A program made the translations under genes and the position numbers. 64,000 nt of DNA from Promethearchaeota archaeon (GTDB lineage: Archaea > Asgardarchaeota > Lokiarchaeia > Sigyniarchaeales > SOKP01): positions 1 through 64,000 of the forward strand of contig JAUVNS010000020.1 in assembly GCA_030599585.1 (NCBI GenBank). Reading direction: 5' to 3'. Shown here piece by piece: positions 37,257 through 46,971 of the stretch. The stretch's first letter is position 1. The number at the start of each line of letters is the position of its first letter. Under the pieces are notes generated by a model. The model did no database searches, had not been told where the DNA came from, and saw only the letters and a program-made list of their open reading frames with translations.

Positions 37257-37613
37257 TTGACAATAAACTTGGACCAATTAGATGAGGAAACAAAAAAAAA
37301 ATTTCAAAATTTAACTCAAGTTGGGCAGACTTTAGAACTCCTTACACAACAAAAGATGCAAATTGATAGTTCTATCAGAGAAACAGAACTTGCACTGGGA
37401 GAGTTAGAAAAAGCAAGCCCCGATACAATAGTTTATAAACAAATCGGTGGGATATTGGTTAGAAGCGAAAGAGATAAACTTCTGGCTGAAAAAACCTCTA
37501 ATAAAGAAACTTTAAATATGCGTTCGACCACACTTGCTCAAAAAATAGAAAGAACAAAGAGCACTTTTGAAAATATGCAGAAATCTTTGCAAGCTGACCT
37601 TCAAAACCAATAA
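37257..37613 (+). CDS. pfdB: Prefoldin beta subunit
   Basis: Coiled coils flanking ALGELE...VYKQIGGILV. Confidence 0.92.
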   Translation: MTINLDQLDEETKKKFQNLTQVGQTLELLTQQKMQIDSSIRETELALGELEKASPDTIVYKQIGGILVRSERDKLLAEKTSNKETLNMRSTTLAQKIERTKSTFENMQKSLQADLQNQ

Positions 37614-37628
37614 TTTAATGAAATATTC

Positions 37629-38624
37629 ATGCGTAATTCTAAAAAAGAGGATTTTTTAAACTTTTTAAAAGAAAAAAATCTCTTAATTACCACTCATGAT
37701 TTAGCAGACCTTGATGGATTTATCTCAGGAATTGCCTTAAAATATTATTTTGAAACTCATTTTCCTAACCAAAACATACAATTAATGTTTTCAGGACTAT
37801 CTAGGCATACAAAAAGTTTTGTTAACCAATTTAGTATAAAATTTCCAAACTTTAAGTTTACTTTTCAAGAACATATTCAATTATCAGATATTGATGTTAT
37901 CGTAATAGTAGACTCCAATAATCTCGACCAGATAAAATTATTTAATAATTCAGATTTGGATATTCCTTTTATCTTTATAGATCATCATTTAAATTTGCAG
38001 AAAAATTATCCAGGCAATGTTTTTTCGTTTAATTTAATTTATGATAATTATTCTTCGACATCCGAGATGGTGTTAGAATTATTTAATGATTCCGACATAA
38101 AGCTTCCACTCCCATACAAATATCTCCTTACATCGGCAATATTGACCGATTCTGGATTTCTCAAGTATGGAAATACCGGAACCGTAAAAAATTTATATAA
38201 TATTTTACAGGATCAGATAGAAATTCAAGATGTATTACCCTTATTAGAAAGAGAAATAGATATCTCAGAGAAAATTGCACGAATTAAAGCTCTTCAAAGA
38301 GTTAAATTAATTCGAATTAACAATTGGTTAATAGGATTATCACATCTTAGTAGCTTTAGCGCTTCTGCTGCTTCAATCTTAACAAAAGTGGGTTTTGACA
38401 TTGGAATTGTCGTATCTGAAGATAAATCTGATTATAGAATCACCACTCGAGCAAAAAAACAAGTTTGCCTAAAAACAGGCTTACATCTCGGGAAAATTAT
38501 TAGTGAAATAAATAACGTGAATGGTGGTGGACATGATGGTGCAGCTACTTTGAATGGTAAGAATGATGTAGAAGAAATTCTTAATCAATTAATCGATAAA
38601 ATAAAAGAAACTTTAATTAATTAA
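37629..38624 (+). CDS. DHH-family phosphoesterase (DHH/DHHA1)
   Basis: Motifs THDLADLDG, IVD, IDHH, TDSG and GGGHDGAA. Confidence 0.92.
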   Translation: MRNSKKEDFLNFLKEKNLLITTHDLADLDGFISGIALKYYFETHFPNQNIQLMFSGLSRHTKSFVNQFSIKFPNFKFTFQEHIQLSDIDVIVIVDSNNLDQIKLFNNSDLDIPFIFIDHHLNLQKNYPGNVFSFNLIYDNYSSTSEMVLELFNDSDIKLPLPYKYLLTSAILTDSGFLKYGNTGTVKNLYNILQDQIEIQDVLPLLEREIDISEKIARIKALQRVKLIRINNWLIGLSHLSSFSASAASILTKVGFDIGIVVSEDKSDYRITTRAKKQVCLKTGLHLGKIISEINNVNGGGHDGAATLNGKNDVEEILNQLIDKIKETLIN

Positions 38625-38665
38625 TTATCCTTATAAAGTAAAAAGAACTATGGATATCCCCTTTC

Positions 38666-39505
38666 ATGAGCTTAATTAAATTTAATAATTTTCATTTTCG
38701 ATATAAAGGAAACGATGAGTATGCACTTAAAAAAATTAATTTGGAATTAGAATCAAATAGATTTATTTTGTTAGCTGGGGAGACGGGATCTGGGAAAACT
38801 TCATTAATTAGATGTATGAATGGATTAATACCCCAATTTTATGCCGGTTATTATAAAGGATATGCAGAAATTTCAGGAAAAAACACCACTGAAACAACAA
38901 TATCTGAATTATCAACTGAAGTTGGAATCGTATTCCAAAATCCTGAAAATCAACTAATTGCAATGAATGTAGAACATGAGATAGCTTTCGGTTTGGAAAA
39001 TTTAGGAATTCCAAGAGAAGAAATTAAAGAAAAAATTAAGGAAGTTGTAGCGATAACTGAAATCGAAAGTATAATAGATAAAGCACCTTTCGAAATAAGT
39101 GGTGGTGAGCAACAACGAGTTGCCATTGCTTCAATTTTAGTATTAGAACCTAGAGTTATCGTTTTGGACGAACCCACGGCAAATTTGGACCCATTATTTG
39201 CCAGAAAAATTTTAAACCTATTAAAAAAAATTCAAGTCGAAAAGAAGATGACTGTTATAATTAGTGAACACCGAATGGATTTAATCCTCCCGTTAGTAGA
39301 CGACATAATTTTAATGAAAGAAAGTGAGATAATAGCTCATGGCGCTAAGGATAAAATTATAAATTCTAACACATTTGAGAATTTGAATATTAACAAGCCA
39401 AAAATATATTCAATTTTCAATGAATTAAAAAATAGAAATAAATTTAAGCACGATATTCCAGTTTCTATTCAAGATGCCGTAAGTTCATTAAAAATGATTA
39501 AATAA
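38666..39505 (+). CDS. ecfA1: ECF transporter ATPase A1
   Basis: Motifs GETGSGKT, FQNPENQ, SGGEQQR and LDEPT. Confidence 0.9.
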   Translation: MSLIKFNNFHFRYKGNDEYALKKINLELESNRFILLAGETGSGKTSLIRCMNGLIPQFYAGYYKGYAEISGKNTTETTISELSTEVGIVFQNPENQLIAMNVEHEIAFGLENLGIPREEIKEKIKEVVAITEIESIIDKAPFEISGGEQQRVAIASILVLEPRVIVLDEPTANLDPLFARKILNLLKKIQVEKKMTVIISEHRMDLILPLVDDIILMKESEIIAHGAKDKIINSNTFENLNINKPKIYSIFNELKNRNKFKHDIPVSIQDAVSSLKMIK

Positions 39506-39511
39506 TTCGAA

Positions 39512-40375
39512 ATGATTATGAAGGATAAAATTTTGCACCCTTTAATAATGGTACACGATGTTGATTATGTGTACTCAAACGGAACAATTGCGTTAAAGCA
39601 AATTTCACTAAATATTAAGAAAGGCGAATTTATTGCAATAATGGGGCAAAATGGAGCAGGAAAAACGACTTTGATCCGCACTTTTAATGGTTTAATCCGA
39701 CCAACAAAAGGTAGTATTTTTTTAGAAGGAGAAAATATTGATTCAAAAACTATTGCGACAATATCGAAAAAAGTTGGAGTTATCTTCCAAAATCCTATGC
39801 ATCAACTATTTTCTACTACATTAGAGGACGAAATTAAATTTTCCTTGAAAAGTCTAAATTTAAATAAAGAAGAAATTCAAATAAAAGTCGATCAAATACT
39901 TGAAGAATTTGATCTCGAAAAATATCGAAAAAGATCCCCCTTTAATTTATCTGGGGGAGAATCAAAAAAATTAGCTACAGCATCTATTCTATGTCGTGAC
40001 CCTGACGTTCTAGTTTTTGATGAACCAACATTAGGACAAGACGCAAAAGAAATTAATTTCTTTCTTGGATTAATAAAAAGCGAGTTAGAAAGAGGAAAAA
40101 CAATAATAATGGTTACACATAACATAGAGTTTACCGTAGAACATGTTCCAAGGACAATCTTGATGAGTGGAGGACAGATCATTGCGGATGGTCCAACGCA
40201 GAGTATTTTTACGAACGAGTTTTTAATATCAAAATCATCATTAATTATGCCACAAATATATCTATTCAAAAAAGAACTTCGAAAAATAGGAATTACTATT
40301 CCTAAAGAAGTTATTAGAGAAAGCGAAATAATTAATTTTCTGGATAATTATTTGGATAACAAAACCACAATTTAA
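39512..40375 (+). CDS. ecfA2: ECF transporter ATPase A2
   Basis: Motifs GQNGAGKT, FQNPMHQLF, SPFNLSGGE and DEPT-GQD. Confidence 0.9.
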   Translation: MIMKDKILHPLIMVHDVDYVYSNGTIALKQISLNIKKGEFIAIMGQNGAGKTTLIRTFNGLIRPTKGSIFLEGENIDSKTIATISKKVGVIFQNPMHQLFSTTLEDEIKFSLKSLNLNKEEIQIKVDQILEEFDLEKYRKRSPFNLSGGESKKLATASILCRDPDVLVFDEPTLGQDAKEINFFLGLIKSELERGKTIIMVTHNIEFTVEHVPRTILMSGGQIIADGPTQSIFTNEFLISKSSLIMPQIYLFKKELRKIGITIPKEVIRESEIINFLDNYLDNKTTI

Positions 40376-40392
40376 AAGAGGAAAATTGTTAA

Positions 40393-41169
40393 ATGTCTTT
40401 AGAGTTTCTGAGTGCGTTCAAATTCTTGAAAAAAGAGACTTTCCTCCACAGGTTAGATCCAAGAACTAAATTATTACTAGCGATAACGTACACCATTAGC
40501 GCTCTATTATTTCAAGAAATAATCCCCCTATTGCTAATTTTAATAACCCTACTCCCTGTAATAATCGTAGGAAAATTGTTTAAAAGATGGTTGAAGAGCG
40601 TCAAAGGAATGTCTTTCCTCTATATTTTTATTATTGTTCTTAATACGCTATTTATTGATGAAAATGGATTAACATTCGCCATTGCTATGATCTTAAGGAT
40701 TTCTATAATGATTTCAGCATTCTCCTTGTTTTTTTTAACTGTAGATCCAAACGATTTAGCCCTTTCCTTAATAACTATGAAAATACCATACGAATATGCG
40801 TTTTCTTTCTCGTTGGCATTTAGATTTGTTCCAACTATTGCTATAGAAACACAAAATATCATCGACGCTCAGCAGAGTCGAGGGTATGAAATGCAAAAAA
40901 AAGGGATTATAAATCAAATAAAAAACCTATTTCCTCTCTTAATTCCTCTTATAGTTAGTTCTATAAAAAGAGCCTTTAACGTAGCAGAAGCCTTAGAATC
41001 ACGATCTTTTGGTAATAAAAAAGATCGGACATTTTATTATACGATTAGATATTCCTTAAAAGATTGGATATTTTCGCTATACTTAATTCTTTTATTGACT
41101 TTTTTAATATTTATTAGAATTAACTTCATGATAATGCCATTATGGTTTAGATGGAGTTTACCTTTATGA
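40393..41169 (+). CDS. ecfT: ECF transporter transmembrane subunit T
   Basis: Motifs LHRLDPRTKL, LAFRFVP, AQQSRG and ALESRS. Confidence 0.92.
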   Translation: MSLEFLSAFKFLKKETFLHRLDPRTKLLLAITYTISALLFQEIIPLLLILITLLPVIIVGKLFKRWLKSVKGMSFLYIFIIVLNTLFIDENGLTFAIAMILRISIMISAFSLFFLTVDPNDLALSLITMKIPYEYAFSFSLAFRFVPTIAIETQNIIDAQQSRGYEMQKKGIINQIKNLFPLLIPLIVSSIKRAFNVAEALESRSFGNKKDRTFYYTIRYSLKDWIFSLYLILLLTFLIFIRINFMIMPLWFRWSLPL

Positions 41170-41822
41170 GAATCTATTCTATTAAGAATTTAAATGGAGT
41201 TTCTAACTATCACATTGGAATTAACCAGATTGAGATTGATCCCGAAGAAATTCAAATAAAAGAATTAGTAGAATTAATTGAGGTTATCCAAAGTCAGCAT
41301 GAAGATACTATTTTACAATTCTTCAACGATAAATATATTCTAAACCCAGATCATGTATTACATGCTTGTTATTTCGTCCAAAAAGCCTTCTATACTAAAA
41401 GTAATATTTCAAATAAAAAGAATCTTGAACTACTTCTATATTTAGCTACTAAAAGACAAATAAAGCTAAGCCTCGAATGTTTTGGGGTAAATAGTTATAA
41501 TTTACACAATAAGAGAATAAGTTTTTGTATCATCTCTCAAAAGGATAATATTCAGCAAGTAAATATCGAAATTAATAGTTATTTGCATTCCAAGGATATT
41601 GGTCTAAATTTAGGAAATTTATCTATTGATAAGTTTAAAATCGTCAAAAAGTATTTTGAATTTTCTGACAACCAGATTTTAACCGTTTTGAAGGCTTATG
41701 GATATAAAAACGATGTATTAGATATAAATTCTTTAAATTTAGAAAGCTTATATGAAGTACTGACTGACTTATTATGTGAAAAAATGGCCTTATTAAGCTT
41801 AGAGAAAAGGAGATATATTTAG
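41151..41822 (+). CDS. cgi121: KEOPS subunit Cgi121
   Basis: Motif QFFN...HVLHA...AF...NISN...ELLLYLATKRQI. Confidence 0.85.
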   Translation: MEFTFMRIYSIKNLNGVSNYHIGINQIEIDPEEIQIKELVELIEVIQSQHEDTILQFFNDKYILNPDHVLHACYFVQKAFYTKSNISNKKNLELLLYLATKRQIKLSLECFGVNSYNLHNKRISFCIISQKDNIQQVNIEINSYLHSKDIGLNLGNLSIDKFKIVKKYFEFSDNQILTVLKAYGYKNDVLDINSLNLESLYEVLTDLLCEKMALLSLEKRRYI

Positions 41823-42361
41823 AACTTATTATACTTATTGTGGATAATAAAAATATCATCGGGATTTAGAAACGATATCCCACTAACATTTCCGAGCAGT
41901 TCAATTTTTATAATTTTATCTGGATTTTCCAAATCGACTCTATTAGGAATAATTTTTGCTACTGATTCAATAATGGCATTTCTTTCTATAATCTCATTTT
42001 TTCTGCGTTTCAATTCAATCTTAAAAGAATCTTCTTTGTTTAAATAAAGAGGGTAATATTTTTCTACAAAATTTTTTATTACCTTTAATTTAGTTTCACA
42101 CACATAATCAATAGGAACAATTTTAAGTATGAATTGAAAAAAATTGGAATCTCTCTCTAAGATTTCTTTAATTTTTCGTATTACTTCTTTAGTATCCATG
42201 TTGGTTGCAGCGGTTATTAATCCAGGATATTTGATCCCTTGAATTATGGGATAAGTATCGCCACACATTAACAGAGTAAACCAAATTTCTGCTTTTGCAT
42301 TTACTTCGTTATATCTCGAAGTTGAGACTAATAAATTAAAGTTATTCAATATTTGCTCCAA
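41819..42361 (-). CDS. Stand-alone THUMP-domain protein (Tan1-like)
   Basis: Motif KIVPIDY...SFKIELKRR...VDLENPDKIIKIE. Confidence 0.88.
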   Translation of the reverse strand: MEQILNNFNLLVSTSRYNEVNAKAEIWFTLLMCGDTYPIIQGIKYPGLITAATNMDTKEVIRKIKEILERDSNFFQFILKIVPIDYVCETKLKVIKNFVEKYYPLYLNKEDSFKIELKRRKNEIIERNAIIESVAKIIPNRVDLENPDKIIKIELLGNVSGISFLNPDDIFIIHNKYNKF

Positions 42362-42365
42362 ATAG

Positions 42366-43034
42366 TTAATCTTTATTTAATCTAATAAAATCTTCAATTT
42401 CCTCTTCTTTTACGACCCCAATCCGCAATATCCTTAACTCTTCTGAAGTACAATCAAGGATTGTTGTGGGAACTTTCGTTTTGGTTTTTCCCCCATCAAG
42501 TATTAAATCTATTGGTGTTAAAAATTTTTTCGCTACTTGGTCTCCACTTATAGATGGAGGTTCTCCAGAATAATTAGCCGAAGTTCCTATTATTCCACCA
42601 AAATATCCGTTTACTTTTAATCTTTTCAAAATAGTTAGAACGATTTCGTTTTCTGGTATGCGAATACCAATCGTATTTTTACCAGCCGTAACTTCGGGAG
42701 GAATAATATTTGGTTCCTTCTTATTTAATATTAAAGTCAGTTGACCGGGCCAGAAGCGTTCAGCTAATTTATAACCTATTTTGTTAAATTCCGCGACTTT
42801 TTCTGCTTCTTCAATATCTGCAACTAATAGTAATAATCCTTTTGAACGATCTCGATACTTGATATCATAAATCCTATTTATTACTTCAAGATTGAGGGGA
42901 TCTCCCCCTAAACCATAAACCGAATTAGTTGGAAAAGCAATTACGCCTCCGTCGTTTATGACTTCGACCGCTTTTTCGAGAAACATATCGATCTCTTCCA
43001 ATTTCTTACCCGCAATTTTCACTAGTAATCCCAT
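42366..43034 (-). CDS. sua5: L-threonylcarbamoyladenylate synthase (TsaC/Sua5, YrdC domain only)
   Basis: Motifs FPTNSVYGL, IKYR...K, FWPGQLT, GIRIP and TSANYSG. Confidence 0.92.
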   Translation of the reverse strand: MGLLVKIAGKKLEEIDMFLEKAVEVINDGGVIAFPTNSVYGLGGDPLNLEVINRIYDIKYRDRSKGLLLLVADIEEAEKVAEFNKIGYKLAERFWPGQLTLILNKKEPNIIPPEVTAGKNTIGIRIPENEIVLTILKRLKVNGYFGGIIGTSANYSGEPPSISGDQVAKKFLTPIDLILDGGKTKTKVPTTILDCTSEELRILRIGVVKEEEIEDFIRLNKD

Positions 43035-43186
43035 ATAAAGTAAAAAATGATGATTAAGATAAAAAATTCTTCTAAATTTTTTTCCGTTAGTAATAAAATC
43101 TATTCGTTGTTATACGAAAGTGTGTGTAGTTGTTATTTTAAGATTATCGTTATTTCTTCTCAATATGAGTTTAAAAAATACATGGT

Positions 43187-43546
43187 TTAATTTCGGGTAA
43201 TTTCCACAATTCTTTCGTCTATTAATTTTAACAAAATCCAATCCTCGTCGTGAAAGAGAAATTGTTCAATAAGTTTGGTAAAACCTTTCATATGGTCGCG
43301 AATTATCATTTTTTGAGTTCTATCTAAATTATCATGTTTCATACCTTCTTTACGAATTACATTTTCAATAAATAATGCTATTCTACCCAGGATTAGGTCG
43401 CTTGTTGGTTCCAACAATACTCCAATGATAAGATACGTTGTTTTTTTTTTCTTAAGAAAAAAACTTTTCGAAAACTTCACGGTTATTTTGCGCACCACGC
43501 TGTCGTGATATCCGTTCCCGTGCGATCTTCCAACTTTTATTGACAT
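43187..43546 (-). CDS. Hypothetical protein
   Basis: 119-aa ORF divergent from the AbrB-like gene. No motif recognised. Confidence 0.5.
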   Translation of the reverse strand: MSIKVGRSHGNGYHDSVVRKITVKFSKSFFLKKKKTTYLIIGVLLEPTSDLILGRIALFIENVIRKEGMKHDNLDRTQKMIIRDHMKGFTKLIEQFLFHDEDWILLKLIDERIVEITRN

Positions 43547-43567
43547 TTTTTTATCATCATCTCATAT

Positions 43568-43601
43568 AGTATTATACTTAGTGTATACTTAATATTATAC
43601 T
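43568..43601. promoter_or_regulatory. Imperfect inverted repeat between divergent island genes (operator or recombinase-type site)
   Basis: AGTATTATACTTAG-TGTATA-CTTAATATTATACT: 14-bp arms, 11/14 complementary, 6-bp spacer. Confidence 0.4.
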
Positions 43602-43685
43602 GACTCTAGTTAAATAACAAAGGGGGGCGTGGATTTTTTGTATTACACCTAAAGTTATAAATAGTATAATAGTTTATGTATACCT

Positions 43686-43838
43686 ATGGAAAAAGAATTA
43701 ATTACCATTCTCGTAAAAAAACCCTCAAAAAAAGGAAAGAACTACTATTTTAGCATACCAATCGAATTTATTCGCACAAAAAAAATTGACCCTGAGAAAG
43801 ACTACGAACTTCACATTTTCTCTATTGCTCACGAATAA
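43686..43838 (+). CDS. Small AbrB/MazE-like (swapped-hairpin) DNA-binding protein, absent from the ORF track
   Basis: MEKELITILVKKPSKKGKNYYFSIPIEFIRTKKIDPEKDYELHIFSIAHE (50 aa). The KxG...xIP...xxIxPxxxxxL pattern is AbrB-like. Confidence 0.72.
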   Translation: MEKELITILVKKPSKKGKNYYFSIPIEFIRTKKIDPEKDYELHIFSIAHE

Positions 43839-43928
43839 GGTAAACGTAATTATACATAGAAAATAAGTCTGTAAAAGCTTCAAGTTCGCGTTCAGATAAA
43901 GTAAACATAGAAACAAAAAGTTCAAAAG

Positions 43929-44005
43929 GCTTGGAGCGACCCGTTAGCCCTTGATGGTTGCGGAGCGAAGCGGAGCAAGGTCGCGACAGCGAAGCGAAGC
44001 GAAGC
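43929..44005 (+). other. GC-rich folded element with GCGAAGC mini-hairpins
   Basis: GCGACC/GGTCGC stem enclosing CCGTTA/TGATGG and TTGC-GGA-GCGAAGC-GGA-GCAA, followed by GCGAAGCGAAGCGAAGC. Confidence 0.55.
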
Positions 44006-44323
44006 TAAATACTAATTTTTTTAGATGTAACGAGAGTCCTCAAATGTTCAAATGTTCAGATGCTGAAGAATTATCCAACCATATCTTTAAATTTCTAGAT
44101 TTTTCTTCGATATTGAGACTTAACTTAGCTTGTTTTCTTAATCCTCATAGCTTTAAATAGAATTGGTTTCATATACCCCGTTTATTCACATTTACGTAAA
44201 TAATTATAAGCTTGATTATTATCTTGTATCTTATAAACTCTAATAAAAAAAATGTAAATCCAATTCAATTAAGATTAAATATCCTAATAAAAAAGGAACA
44301 AATGAAAAGATTAGGTGTTGTCT

Positions 44324-46330
44324 ATGCGCGTAAATGATAATGATGTCGATATTACCGAAATAGAAGCATCAGCAATTAAAGATTTGGAAAAATTAATAGG
44401 AGAATATCCTACAGTGGAAATAGAAGATACGCGAGTTATAAGTCTTGATATTTCCAACCTTCAGCTTAAGGAATTGCCACAATCTATTGGAAACCTTTCT
44501 AACTTACAAACACTTAATATTAGCAGTAATCAGCTTGATGAATTACCAGAATCCATCGGGAAGCTCTCAAACTTACAAACACTTAATATTTCCTACAATC
44601 AGCTTGATGAATTGCCAGAATCCATTGGAAACCTATCTAACTTACAAACACTTTATATTTCCTACAATCAGCTTAAAGAGTTGCCAGAATTCATTGGAAA
44701 CCTATCTAACTTACAAACACTTAATATTCCCAGTAATCAGCTTGATGAATTACCAGAATCCATCGGGAAGCTCTCAAACTTACAAACACTTAGTATTTCC
44801 TACAATCAGCTTAAAGAGTTGCCAGAATCCATTGGAAACCTATCTAACTTACAAAGACTTAATATTTCCTACAATCAGCTTAAAGAGTTGCCAGAATCCA
44901 TTGGAAACCTATCTAACTTACAAACACTTGTTATGTTCAATATTCATCTTAAGGAATTACCAGAATCCATTGGAAACCTATCTAACTTACAAATGCTTGA
45001 TATTTCCAATAATCAGCTTAAAGAGTTGCCAGAATCCATTGGAAACCTATCTAACTTACAAACACTTGATATTAATAAGAATTATATATCCACATTTCCA
45101 GATTCAATTCTAAAAATGGAAAACATTAAGGTTCAGCTTGAAAAATCATTTAATTTTCTACTTGCTCTTAATTATTTTCCAAAGAAATATTCGGTTAAAG
45201 AGGGTGATACAAAAGAAAAAATAAACAAAAAAGATCGATCAAATATTACTGTACAAAAACATCTATTCTCTAAATTAGCCAAAAGCACTATGAAATCATA
45301 TTATTGGAATTTCATTACGGGATTTTCCGAATGGATTTCTTTTATTTTTCGAATTTCTCAATGGAAATTTTCACTATACCAAATAAATTCTAGCACAGAC
45401 AAAAAACAGCGGGAATTAATTGATCTTAAGGAGGGAGAAAACACAAAACATTTAGATCATCCAAATAGAAAAAATAATTTCATAGAACTTCAGATGGTTA
45501 TAGAATTAGAAATTCCTCCCATTTATTCCTCTATGTTCCAAGATTTGACTCAACAATTTATATTTTTGACTCCACTTATTCGTAGCATAACTTTAACGGC
45601 TGAGACAGATAGAGGTGACTCAATTCCATTGGTTTTTACAGATTTTTATTTTATGTGGAATAAGGAGACTCAAGAAAATGAATTTCAGAAAACTTTAATG
45701 CTCAAATTTGATCCAGGTTACGCAATTGAACCTTTTGTTAGAATCGACTTTACAGATGTTAAAGTTGAGTATGAATCCACACTTCTGCCTGATTCCCATC
45801 GGGAATCTCCAGAATTAGCTGTACTTCGTTCTGAAATCGGAAGAATTAATAAAAACTTTGATTTTATAAGGGAATTTATTGAGAAAAAAGAGAATTTTAA
45901 ATTTCCTTCTGATAAAGAACTTAAAACTTATGAAGAAAGAGAAAATTCCGATTTAAAGATTAAGGAATCTAAAGAAATTTTTGAAGCATTTGAGAACGCT
46001 TGGCGTGAGCCAATTCTTCCGACTGTCATCCTTGAAATAGGTAGGAGAGCAGGCAAAGTAGGCAAGAAATGGGGCAGTTGGTTGGGTAAATATGCAGATT
46101 ATTTGGCTGCGGGTGTTATTGTCGCGGGTGTAATCCCTTCACTTTTACAGTTCTTGTATAAATTCTTTGCCAGTATCGGAAAATGGGGGCTTATTGATTG
46201 GGTCACTTGGGATTTAAATCAAATATCCGTCCCTGCAATTTTCGAAATTTTGACCTATAGTCCATTGTTTATACTTTTCGTTTATTTAACAATCAAATTT
46301 TTACTCAGACAAAGAATACCTAAGGAATAA
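44324..46330 (+). CDS. Leucine-rich-repeat protein with C-terminal transmembrane anchor
   Basis: Nine full plus one degenerate 23-aa LxIxxNQLxELPESIGNLSNLQ repeats; two C-terminal hydrophobic helices; AGGTG SD before ATG 44324. Confidence 0.9.
   Translation: MRVNDNDVDITEIEASAIKDLEKLIGEYPTVEIEDTRVISLDISNLQLKELPQSIGNLSNLQTLNISSNQLDELPESIGKLSNLQTLNISYNQLDELPESIGNLSNLQTLYISYNQLKELPEFIGNLSNLQTLNIPSNQLDELPESIGKLSNLQTLSISYNQLKELPESIGNLSNLQRLNISYNQLKELPESIGNLSNLQTLVMFNIHLKELPESIGNLSNLQMLDISNNQLKELPESIGNLSNLQTLDINKNYISTFPDSILKMENIKVQLEKSFNFLLALNYFPKKYSVKEGDTKEKINKKDRSNITVQKHLFSKLAKSTMKSYYWNFITGFSEWISFIFRISQWKFSLYQINSSTDKKQRELIDLKEGENTKHLDHPNRKNNFIELQMVIELEIPPIYSSMFQDLTQQFIFLTPLIRSITLTAETDRGDSIPLVFTDFYFMWNKETQENEFQKTLMLKFDPGYAIEPFVRIDFTDVKVEYESTLLPDSHRESPELAVLRSEIGRINKNFDFIREFIEKKENFKFPSDKELKTYEERENSDLKIKESKEIFEAFENAWREPILPTVILEIGRRAGKVGKKWGSWLGKYADYLAAGVIVAGVIPSLLQFLYKFFASIGKWGLIDWVTWDLNQISVPAIFEILTYSPLFILFVYLTIKFLLRQRIPKE
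44441..45130 (+). repeat. 69-bp tandem coding repeat (LRR units)
   Basis: Near-identical units such as ...aatcagcttaaagagttgccagaatccattggaaacctatctaacttacaa. Confidence 0.95.
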
Positions 46331-46415
46331 TATAAGTTAACTTTGCATTTTGTTTAATAGCATAAAACTTGACTCAAAAAAATGCACTCCCACCGTGGCG
46401 ACTCGGGCGCGTCCG

Positions 46416-46971
46416 CTCCGAAGGGGCAGTAGGACGCCAAGCCACGCAATAAGCGAAAATGGAGTTTAAAAAGAATGTTACTCCTGCGAAAGAAGATATC
46501 GTTTTTCTCGACTCAATTAAGGAAAGAATTGATTCGTTCGACTCTTACAGAAAAAATTTACGATTAGAAATATAAATCCAATTCACTTATAGGTCGTTGG
46601 TTTCCGTTTGTTCTTAGAAGATCGGGGTTGATGTGGGCTTAATCGCATCTTAGCCAAACTTAATAATTCAAAAGAGCCAATAGGCTCTAAGAATTACAAA
46701 AGTTAAAACGCTATAAACCCCCCATGTTTTAAAGGGGCTAATACATTAAAAAAATAAGTCTATAAGACGCTAATATCGATATAAAATCAGACAAGGGCAA
46801 TCGAACCTCTTAGGGTTCGTATCTTTTGCCCAATCTCTATAAAACCTAACGCCTAAGGCGTAAAAAGGTTTCCATGAATTTATTTTAGGTTTTATGGGTT
46901 ATGTTCTCTTTATTTAGAACCTTTGTCTCCTCCGAAGAAGCAGTAGGACGCCAAACCATGCACTAAGCGAA
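46416..46971 (+). repeat. 42-bp direct repeat pair (46416-46457 and 46930-46971) flanking a structured non-coding segment
   Basis: CTCCGAAGGGGCAGTAGGACGCCAAGCCACGCAATAAGCGAA vs CTCCGAAGAAGCAGTAGGACGCCAAACCATGCACTAAGCGAA (37/42 identical). Confidence 0.85.
46626..46928 (+). ncRNA. Candidate multi-stem structured RNA (or ssDNA) of unknown class
   Basis: Many nested stems, e.g. AACTT/TAATTC/AGAGCC pairing with GGCTCT/GAATTA/AAGTT, and AGACAA...TTGTCT enclosing GGGCAA/TTGCCC and TATAAAACCTAA/TTAGGTTTTATG. G-U pairs favour the + strand. Confidence 0.4.

Noticed and set aside
44445-45113. 222-aa alternative-frame ORF over the LRR array
   Set aside because: By-product of a stop-free 69-bp repeat in another frame. 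The LRR frame has the canonical consensus and continues into the rest of the protein.
44441-45130. CRISPR array or DGR variable region
   Set aside because: The units are contiguous coding repeats with no unique spacers. Several variable codons fit A-to-N change from AAY, but others (ACA to AGA, TCC to TTC) do not, and no reverse transcriptase or template repeat is in the window.
46416-46457. SRP RNA helix-8-like motif (CCGAAG...GCAG)
   Set aside because: Only superficial similarity. It lacks the GNRA-capped helix with the conserved internal loop and the rest of the 7S structure.
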